A stretch of DNA of 60,915 nt, from contig JBBRMT010000002.1 in the NCBI GenBank assembly GCA_038230695.1, positions 1-60,915 of the forward strand, written 5' to 3'. The first letter of the stretch is position 1. Every line of letters begins with the position of its first letter. The DNA is from Chloroflexia bacterium (GTDB taxonomy: Bacteria > Chloroflexota > Chloroflexia > QHBQ01). The notes beneath the pieces are model-generated. The model did not search any database, was not told where the DNA came from, and saw only the letters and a list, made by a program, of their open reading frames with translations. Positions 53,996-60,915 of this stretch are shown here, one piece after another. The position numbers and the translations under genes were made by a program.

Positions 53996-55599
53996 AGATA
54001 AACTTCGCCAGCGACGCGGAACTCGCCGAAGCCTACTGGCGCAACATGGTGGCGATGTGGCGCACCGACCAGCACAGCGAGGATGCGCGGGGCGCATTCG
54101 CGGTTGTTGACGATGGCGTATTCCTGCGTATCTACAGCCACCTGCCCCAGTTCTGGCGGCACCAGGCGTTGCTGGTCAACGACACGTTGAGAGAATCGGA
54201 GTACATCACCGCGGTGGCTGCGCTAGTGGCCGATTTTCAGGGGCGTAGCGCCCCGCTGGGTGTGGCGGTTGGCCCCGGTGGGGAGCCGCGAGCGAACAAT
54301 GCGTTGGCGTTGCAAGGCTTTCGCCGCCGCAGCCTGGGCCTGGCGATGGGCCGCGACCTCGACCCCGCCGACTTGCCCACCAACCCCACGCCGCCAGGTT
54401 TGGTGGTAAGCCGCACCAGCGAATATATCGAACTGGCCGTCGCCCGCGCCATTATCAGCGAGGTGTTCGATACGCCGCTGCTGATACGCAACTATCTGGT
54501 TGACGATCTTCCTTATGCCCCCTATATTGCAGAATTGGACGGTGTGGCTGTCGCCGCCGCGACCATGGTGCCGAGCGATGGCATTGCTGGTATCTACAGC
54601 GTTGCCACCCTGCCGCCCTATCGTGGGCGCGGCATTGCCACCGCGATGCTGGATAAGATCATAACCGACGCGACCACGATGGGCCTGCGCGTCGCCGTCC
54701 TCGGCTGCTTCCCGCTGATGGTGCGCCATTATCAGCGCAGCGGCTTTCGCGTGGTCGGCACCCCGGTTGGCTACCTGATGGAAGTGTTACGCCTCATGTT
54801 CGACCCTGCCGATGATTGCACCCTGATAGACGTGATAGAGCGGCTGGCCGCAATGGTTAAGGCTGCCCGCCGCGTAGTAATGCTCACCGGCGCGGGAATA
54901 AGCACAGAATCGGGCATCCCTGACTTTCGCAGCCCAGGTGGGCTGTGGGATACCTACCGCCCCATTCACTATGTTGACTATATGCGTAAACCAGCGGTGC
55001 GCTCTGAGTTTTGGAGCCGCAGCCATGTCACTGTCCCCCTTTTTGCCAATGCCCAGCCCAATGCCGCTCACTATGCCGTTGCCGCAATGCAGCAAGCGGG
55101 CCAGATTGACGCGCTAATCACTCAGAACGTGGATGGTTTGCATCAGCGGGCTGGCTCACCCGATGTGCTGGAGCTACACGGCAGTTACCTGTGGGTGCGC
55201 TGCACCATCTGCTCGATGCGCTGCACCCGCATAGAGGTCCATCAGCGCATGGCGTTGCTTAACTCGGCAGCAGAAATTGCCGCTGGCACCCCCGCTGTAC
55301 CGAACTGCACGGCCTGTGGTGGCCTGCTCAAGCCCGATGTGGTTTTCTTCGGCGAGAATGTGCCTGCCGATATTACCAATGCAGCAATCAGCATTGCCCA
55401 GTCTGCCGATTTGTTCCTGGTAGTCGGATCGTCGCTGGCGGTTTACTCCGGTTATCGCCTGCCGCTACGGGCAATTGAAGCTGGAGCGCACCTGGCGCTG
55501 GTTAATCTCGGCCCCACCCGCATTGATAACCGCGCCGATCTGCTGCTACGCTGCCGCGCAGGCGTGGCCCTTCCCCTAGTGGCGGCGCGGGTTTGCTGA
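53992..55599 (+). CDS. GNAT acetyltransferase - Sir2 (sirtuin) NAD-dependent deacetylase fusion
   Basis: aa 1-260: GNAT motif A VATLPPYRGRGIATAML. aa ~285-535: LTGAGISTESGIPDFRSPGGLWD, ITQNVDGLHQRAG, ELHGS (His codon 55177-55179), CTIC..CTACGG zinc ribbon, KPDVVFFGE, and VVGSSL. There is no stop between the halves. Confidence 0.85.
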   Translation: MEINFASDAELAEAYWRNMVAMWRTDQHSEDARGAFAVVDDGVFLRIYSHLPQFWRHQALLVNDTLRESEYITAVAALVADFQGRSAPLGVAVGPGGEPRANNALALQGFRRRSLGLAMGRDLDPADLPTNPTPPGLVVSRTSEYIELAVARAIISEVFDTPLLIRNYLVDDLPYAPYIAELDGVAVAAATMVPSDGIAGIYSVATLPPYRGRGIATAMLDKIITDATTMGLRVAVLGCFPLMVRHYQRSGFRVVGTPVGYLMEVLRLMFDPADDCTLIDVIERLAAMVKAARRVVMLTGAGISTESGIPDFRSPGGLWDTYRPIHYVDYMRKPAVRSEFWSRSHVTVPLFANAQPNAAHYAVAAMQQAGQIDALITQNVDGLHQRAGSPDVLELHGSYLWVRCTICSMRCTRIEVHQRMALLNSAAEIAAGTPAVPNCTACGGLLKPDVVFFGENVPADITNAAISIAQSADLFLVVGSSLAVYSGYRLPLRAIEAGAHLALVNLGPTRIDNRADLLLRCRAGVALPLVAARVC

Positions 55600-55675
55600 C
55601 TTGACATTTTCTTCATCTTGGGCTATGATAGTAACAGTGGTGGCGATGAATCTACGATGCTGAGGGAGTAGTAGG

Positions 55676-56101
55676 ATGATGATTGAAGATAACCGTAAAG
55701 TAGCAAGGGACTTCTTCGCGGCGCTCAATGCTCATGACCTTGATGCAATGGACCGTCTTCGCACCTCCGAGTTCCAGAGCGATGCCACACCTGGTAGGAT
55801 GGACATCGAGCGCAATCGCCGTTATATTGAGAATCTGATCAGCGGCTTCCCCGACCTGTGCTTCAAGATTAACCTGACGGTGGCCCAGGGCGATTATGTG
55901 GTAGTGGATTGGGCGGCGGAGGGGACGCATCAAGGAGCGTTTCACACCCCATCGGGAGCCTCGATCGCGCCAACCGGACGGACGGCAAAGATGGTGGGCA
56001 GCCACACCTTTGAGCTAAAGGACGGCAAGATCACCCATAGTTGGTTCTTCACTGATACGGCTAGTTTGTTGGCACAGTTGGGGTTGATGCCTCCGATATA
56101 G
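55676..56101 (+). CDS. SnoaL-like / ester cyclase (NTF2 fold)
   Basis: IEDNRKVARDFFAALNAHDLDAMD...GDYVVVDWAAEGTHQGAF...G.THSWFFTD is the predicted-ester-cyclase pattern. Confidence 0.7.
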   Translation: MMIEDNRKVARDFFAALNAHDLDAMDRLRTSEFQSDATPGRMDIERNRRYIENLISGFPDLCFKINLTVAQGDYVVVDWAAEGTHQGAFHTPSGASIAPTGRTAKMVGSHTFELKDGKITHSWFFTDTASLLAQLGLMPPI

Positions 56102-56131
56102 CACACGCACTGCGGTTGGAGTTGAGCAAAC

Positions 56132-56563
56132 ATGACAAGCATCATCGAGGATAACGTCAAGGTTGTAGAGACATTCTTTGCCGCCCTTAATGACCATGAC
56201 CTGAACCGCATGGATCAGTTGCGTGCCACCAGCTTCGAGGGCGGCACCATTGCTGGAACGATGAACGCCGAGCGCATCCATCGCTATAACGAGACGCTGA
56301 TCACTGGCTTCCCCGACCTTCACCTCGATATAAACCTGACTGTCGCCGAGGGTGACTATGTGGTGGCGAATTGGACGCTTACTGGTACACATACCGGTAT
56401 GTTTCGCACCCCTTCCCGCGTTGCCATCCCCCCCAGCGGCAGGTCAGCAACGATGGTAGGTAGCCATACCTTCGAGATTAAAAATGGTCGGATAGTGCGC
56501 GATTGGTTCTACACCGACATGGTCAGCCTGCTCTCCCAGATGGGTTTGATGCCACCGATGTAG
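56132..56563 (+). CDS. SnoaL-like / ester cyclase, tandem paralog
   Basis: Collinear with 55676-56101 (IEDNVKVVETFFAALNDHDLNRMD...GDYVVANWTLTGTHTGMF). Confidence 0.7.
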   Translation: MTSIIEDNVKVVETFFAALNDHDLNRMDQLRATSFEGGTIAGTMNAERIHRYNETLITGFPDLHLDINLTVAEGDYVVANWTLTGTHTGMFRTPSRVAIPPSGRSATMVGSHTFEIKNGRIVRDWFYTDMVSLLSQMGLMPPM

Positions 56564-58193
56564 GTTCTTCAACACGCTGTCCCCCTTGCATATTTTCTCT
56601 TGTTGCACTTACCCACCCAATCCCATGCCTGGTTTCCGGTTCGCTAAGTGCCTGCAACTCTCTGTCCAATTCGCCGATTAGTTCGCGCTGCACTGCGTTT
56701 GAGATTGTCCCTCGTGCCAGCAGGGTGCGTAGGGTGTTCTTCTCGACCTGCAGCAACTGGCGGCGGGCGGCTAGCTGCTCCTGAGCCAGCAAATCTTCGT
56801 TGATCGCTTGCAGCAAGTGAATCTTCAGCCGCAGCTCGCGCTCTCTTGCGTCGTACTCCTCGACCAATCGTGCTACCACCTCGCGGCTAACCTGGCCCTG
56901 CTCCAGCATCCTTTGCAACTGCCGTCGCGCCGCAGTTACACTCTGCAACAATCCATAAGCCCGCTCGTATTCAAGCTGCTGTTTGCCTGTTGGTGTTGCC
57001 AGCCCCAGACGGCGCAGGATGGGGAGGATGGTCAGTCCCTGGCCCAGCAATGAGAAGAGGATGACCCCGAAGGTCATATTTAGCAGTTGCTGGTACATCG
57101 CAGTTGAGACTAGTGTAGTAGGGATACTCAGCACCATCGCCAGGGCCAACGCCCCGCGCAAACCACCCCAGGTAATTATCACCAGCCAGCGGCCAGGCAA
57201 AGGCTGGCCGATGCGCTTCAGCAGTAGCCAGTTCAACCCGCCAATCACCAATCCCCGCGCCAGCAGAGTGCCGACCGCCGCAACCACAATTGGTACGGAG
57301 TACCGGAGCAGCACGCCTATATCCGCCTGCAAGCCAATCAGAATGAAGATGAGCGAGTTGGCAATGAAGCCGAGCAGATCCCAGGTGTAATTGACCGCCA
57401 CGCGGGTAGAGGGCGACATCCCGTGGGCCTTGCCGAAGTTGCCCACCACCAGCCCGGCGGCGACTACCGCAGTTACGCCGCTTACGTGCAGCCCTTCGCT
57501 GATTAGATAGGTGCCATAGGCCAGCACCAGAGTAATGACCGTCTCCACCAGATGGTCGTCAATGCGGGCGAGAAACAGTGAACAGAGCAGGCCGAGCAGC
57601 CCACCCACTACTAGCCCGCCGATGGTTAGCAACGCGAACTGGGCGACCCCCTGCGCCAGGTTAAACGTGCCGCTGCCCAGCATCCCCAGGATGATACTGA
57701 AGGCGACCAGGCTTGTGCCATCGTTGAACAGGCTCTCGCCCTCGACAATCGCCGTCAGGCGAGGCGCAGTTCCCAGTTGGCGGAAGGTTGCCAGCACCGC
57801 AATCGGGTCGGTGGCAGCGACTATTGCGCCAAACAGGAAGGCAACCGCCCAGTCTAGCCCCAGCATATAATGCACAGCCAGCCCCACCAGACCCATAGTC
57901 AGCAGCACGCCAAACACTGCCAGCACGGTGACGGTGCGGATGTCGTCACGCAGGCGGCTGAAATCGAGGTTGTATGCGCCCTCGAACAGCAGCGCGGGTA
58001 GGAAGATGAACAGGATCAGGTCACTGGTGAGCGGCACGGATAGTCCGCTAGTAAATGAGTCGGGCAGCAGCGCGATCGCCAGGCCGGTAAGCACCAGCGC
58101 GATGGTGTAGGGTAGGCGGATGTACTTGGTGGCAATCGCCACTGCGCTGATAACGAGCATCAGCCAGAGAGCATGGGTCAACGCATCGCTCAT
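56523..58193 (-). CDS. Na+/H+ (cation:proton) antiporter, CPA1/NhaP type, with a C-terminal cytoplasmic domain
   Basis: LPYTIALVLTGLAI, ATDPIAV, SLFNDGTS, GGLRGA, and about 12 TM segments. Confidence 0.85.
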   Translation of the reverse strand: MSDALTHALWLMLVISAVAIATKYIRLPYTIALVLTGLAIALLPDSFTSGLSVPLTSDLILFIFLPALLFEGAYNLDFSRLRDDIRTVTVLAVFGVLLTMGLVGLAVHYMLGLDWAVAFLFGAIVAATDPIAVLATFRQLGTAPRLTAIVEGESLFNDGTSLVAFSIILGMLGSGTFNLAQGVAQFALLTIGGLVVGGLLGLLCSLFLARIDDHLVETVITLVLAYGTYLISEGLHVSGVTAVVAAGLVVGNFGKAHGMSPSTRVAVNYTWDLLGFIANSLIFILIGLQADIGVLLRYSVPIVVAAVGTLLARGLVIGGLNWLLLKRIGQPLPGRWLVIITWGGLRGALALAMVLSIPTTLVSTAMYQQLLNMTFGVILFSLLGQGLTILPILRRLGLATPTGKQQLEYERAYGLLQSVTAARRQLQRMLEQGQVSREVVARLVEEYDARERELRLKIHLLQAINEDLLAQEQLAARRQLLQVEKNTLRTLLARGTISNAVQRELIGELDRELQALSEPETRHGIGWVSATRENMQGGQRVEEPTSVASNPSGRAG

Positions 58194-58469
58194 CTTTTTT
58201 CCTCTCGTTGGGCGAGTGCAACCCGCCCCTACAACATCAACTCTGATTCAGCCAGCGGCATCTATGCCCCTGCTGCTCCTTCACCTACTTGCAACTTCTG
58301 ATTATAACGCAACTGCGCGTTATATACAACGTCAGTGCAATGTGGTAGGATATAGCGGTAGCAGGCGACAAAAGCCCTCTTCCACTGGAAGAGGGTTGGT
58401 GAGGGAGAATCTCGAAGCGCGTCCATGCTTATCAGTAGTTACATGGCGATTAACCTGAAGGAGAACAAA

Positions 58470-58748
58470 ATGTTTAGGATACCGAAGTTGCTGGCGGGCA
58501 TGGTTGCTGCGATTGTCGGCAGCGTAATCGGCGACCTGCTATATGCCCAGCGTGATGCCGAGCATCCCCAGGGTGAGGTGATCGCCGCGCTGACCCCGGC
58601 GCAGATAGTTCCCTGCTTCATGATCGTCGTCCTAGCAGGTCGCGTGACTAAGGGCAACCTGCGGGCGATGCTCGGCAGCGGGCTGCTGGCTGGCATCGGC
58701 ACCAGCCTGGCTTATGGCGCGGAGGCGAAGGCGGGGATGAAGAAATAG
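58470..58748 (+). CDS. Small membrane protein
   Basis: ATG 58470 is 7 nt after GAAGGAG. Contains Gly-rich TM helices. Confidence 0.5.
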   Translation: MFRIPKLLAGMVAAIVGSVIGDLLYAQRDAEHPQGEVIAALTPAQIVPCFMIVVLAGRVTKGNLRAMLGSGLLAGIGTSLAYGAEAKAGMKK

Positions 58749-59453
58749 CTAGCCAATGTCCAATCCTGCACGGTCTGCGATAGCCTGCAGAGTGGCCTGC
58801 TCCTTGCGCGTATCAGCGCTCATCTCGCCGAAATCGTACAGCGCATCGCGTAGCACACCGCCGACTATGTTGGAGTCAATCTGCCCGTTGCGTAGCGACT
58901 GGATCGCCTTATTCAACAGGGTGCGTACCTGATTGCGCTCCTCGTTACTGATGTCCTGGCGGTCGAACAGGCTGTTGCTGAGTTGCAGCAACGCTGCGGA
59001 CATCGCTCTTGCTTGAGGAGCGACAGCAGCTGCGTTGCCTGCTGCATAGCTTTGATTGATGCCACTGCCAACCGCAACATTACCTTGATTGTTGCTGATG
59101 TCGCCAGCGCGGATGTTGGTCTGGCTGCCGCTACCGCTGTTCACCCCACCCTGCACCCCACCGTAATTGTGTACGCCTCCCTGCACCCCACCATAATCAT
59201 TGATGCCGCCGCTGCCAGTGCTAACGTTGCGGTTGCCGATAAACTGGTCGCGGCCTGAGTTGAACTGGCTGCCGGTCACGTTGTTCTGCGTGCCGGTCAC
59301 GTTGTTCTGCGTACCCTCGATGTTGTTGGTCGCGCTATTGTCATTGAAGTCGCCTCCGAAAGAAGCCTTGCCCGGCACATTGACCTGGCCGAAGCCGCCG
59401 CTGATGCCACCTTGCTGTCCCGCGTTGTCCTTGTTACCTTGATCCTCGCTCAT
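58749..59453 (-). CDS. Gly/Asn-rich repeat protein, hypothetical
   Basis: Repeats TQNNVTGTQNNVTGSQFN and YGGVQGGVHNYGGVQGGVN, with a helical C-terminal domain. Confidence 0.55.
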   Translation of the reverse strand: MSEDQGNKDNAGQQGGISGGFGQVNVPGKASFGGDFNDNSATNNIEGTQNNVTGTQNNVTGSQFNSGRDQFIGNRNVSTGSGGINDYGGVQGGVHNYGGVQGGVNSGSGSQTNIRAGDISNNQGNVAVGSGINQSYAAGNAAAVAPQARAMSAALLQLSNSLFDRQDISNEERNQVRTLLNKAIQSLRNGQIDSNIVGGVLRDALYDFGEMSADTRKEQATLQAIADRAGLDIG

Positions 59454-59698
59454 CTCAAGTCTCCTCGTCTTTGGCTGACAAAATTAGATGCCTTACAGCT
59501 CTCATGTGAGAGCGTACATCAATCACTTTCGCTTGTCAAGGGGCAGAAGGAAATATGATTGTCGCAAGCAGTTGATTTAGTAAGGTTATGGTAAGGAGGG
59601 ACAAAAAACAGCTTATCCTGTAAAAAGTTTGACTCAGGGTTGCAGATTATGGTAAAATATACAAAGGTACAAGCAGTGAACGGAAGGGAAGGTGTGGG

Positions 59699-60427
59699 TT
59701 GATCGAGAGCGACGAAGAGCATGGTACGCGACGGCGCGGTGGCGATGTGGCCCTGGCGGGACACGACTCGGCGCGACTGGCGATGCTGCGGCTGATCCAG
59801 CGCAAGGGCGAAGCCACGGTCAAGGAGCTGGAGCAGGAGCTAGGCCGCACTACCACCGCCGTGCGCGAACAACTGACCGCCCTGCAGGCCGACGGTTATA
59901 TCATTGCCACGCGGGTGAAGGTCAAAGGTGAGCTAGGCCGCCCCTACTTCGTCTACGCGCTGACCGACAAGGGTCAGGAACTATTCCCCAAAGAGTATGG
60001 CGACCTGACCAATCTGCTGCTCGAAGAGATACTCGAACTCGATGGCCGCGACAAGCTCGATCTGCTCTTGCAGCGGGTTAGCGATCGCGCTGCCGCCAAG
60101 TATGCCGCCGGCATTGACAGCGCCCAGCATCTACTCGACCGCCTGAACAACCTCGCCGCGCTACTTAGCGACAAGGGGATGCCCATCGAAGTGCAGCAGC
60201 GCGGTAGTGTGATGATGATCCACTCCGCATCCTGCCCATACTTTGCGGTTGCCCAGCGTCACCGCGAGATTTGCGACATGGAACAGCGGATGCTCGGTCA
60301 GGCGCTTGGCTCGTCGGTGCAACTGACAGGCTGTGTGCTAGATGGCAACCACGGTTGCGATTTTGTGGTGGGCAGGCCAGTGGAGTTGCTGCAACCAGGT
60401 CAGGCCATTCAACCAAAGAATGATTGA
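59699..60427 (+). CDS. SufR-like HTH regulator with a C-terminal Cys cluster
   Basis: wHTH (RLAMLRLIQRKGEATVKELEQELGRTTTAVREQLTALQADGYI), C-terminal C-x12-C-x19-C-x7-C, and a position immediately upstream of sufC. Confidence 0.6.
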   Translation: MIESDEEHGTRRRGGDVALAGHDSARLAMLRLIQRKGEATVKELEQELGRTTTAVREQLTALQADGYIIATRVKVKGELGRPYFVYALTDKGQELFPKEYGDLTNLLLEEILELDGRDKLDLLLQRVSDRAAAKYAAGIDSAQHLLDRLNNLAALLSDKGMPIEVQQRGSVMMIHSASCPYFAVAQRHREICDMEQRMLGQALGSSVQLTGCVLDGNHGCDFVVGRPVELLQPGQAIQPKND

Positions 60428-60510
60428 GGTGGGATACGGACCCACCCCCAGCCCTTCCCGGTGGGAGGGGAGATGGCAAGTCTGCAAATATAAAGGAGTG
60501 TAAGCGCATA

Positions 60511-60915
60511 ATGCTTAACGGAGAACTGGTAATCGAAGACCTTCATGTATCTATAGAAGGCAAGGAAATCCTGCGCGGCATCAATCTGACCATCAAGCAG
60601 GGCGAAGTCCACGCGCTGATGGGGCCGAACGGTAGCGGAAAGTCTACCCTGGCTTACGCGCTGGCGGGCCACCCCAAGTACATAATTACCAAGGGCAAAG
60701 TGACGTTCAAAGGCGAAAACGTACTCACCATGTCGGCGGACAAGCGGGCGCGGCTGGGGCTGTTCCTCGCCTTCCAGTATCCCAGCGCTGTGCCAGGGGT
60801 CAGTGTCGCCAACTTCCTGCGGAGCGCGGTGCGGGCCAAGATCAAGGGTTCCTCGATCAGCGGTGGCGGCAACGGCACGGTTGGCGCGGTAGTCAATGCA
60901 GAGGGCGAAGCGGTT
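60511..60915 (+). CDS. sufC: Fe-S cluster assembly ATPase SufC (3' end off the window)
   Basis: LVIEDLHVSIEGKEILRGINLTIKQGEVHALMGPNGSGKSTLAYALAGHPKY. AAAGGAG lies upstream of ATG 60511. Confidence 0.9.
   Translation, partial: MLNGELVIEDLHVSIEGKEILRGINLTIKQGEVHALMGPNGSGKSTLAYALAGHPKYIITKGKVTFKGENVLTMSADKRARLGLFLAFQYPSAVPGVSVANFLRSAVRAKIKGSSISGGGNGTVGAVVNAEGEAV

Overview
This is a GC-rich, densely coding bacterial window. The gene content and repeat style look Chloroflexota-like, but that is inference only. Most of it is housekeeping or metabolic: a 5'-truncated FHA/winged-helix regulator, a GlcD-like FAD oxidase, acnA, an MscS channel, nadD, a fused M16 peptidase, an S9-type hydrolase, a bcp-MOSC operon, GH5 and GH8 glycosidases, an LprG-like lipoprotein with an MFS pump, fabG-fabD-fabF plus a second fabF, a Na+/H+ antiporter, and a SufR-like regulator with the start of sufC. 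Four things stand out. (1) At 22.9-30.9 kb there is a plasmid/prophage-like maintenance module without an integrase: ExeA-like ATPase, MerR-like protein, ParA, ParB, a block of palindromes just downstream of parB, a P22-antirepressor-N-domain protein, a TPR protein, and a Rep-like protein with a DnaA-N-like C-terminus. About 10 copies of TGTTTCAC-NN-GTGAACAATGG, which resembles a split canonical parS, lie inside and just downstream of the Rep-like gene. (2) At 47.5-52.5 kb an islet is wedged between two intact fabF paralogs. It holds a DUF2357/PD-(D/E)xK McrC-like nuclease, then a McrB-type GTPase whose first ~550 aa I cannot assign, then a Phd/YefM-ParE pair. (3) At 53992-55599 a single ORF fuses a GNAT acetyltransferase to a Sir2 deacetylase. 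(4) Three dispersed small-repeat families fill the intergenic DNA and sometimes enter coding sequence: period-7 tandem repeats with a TTG core, GTAGGGGCG...CGCCC hairpins, and CCCACCCC..CCCTCCC-N4-GGGAGGGG hairpins. Several genes look broken: GH8 has an in-frame TAA, one of three tandem membrane-protein paralogs is frameshifted at an A5 run, and ORFs at 37.2-38.0 kb overlap in three frames. Each lesion could be real decay or an assembly error. I recognised no rRNA, tRNA, CRISPR array, transposase or integrase. All functional calls come from reading motifs by eye, with no database search.
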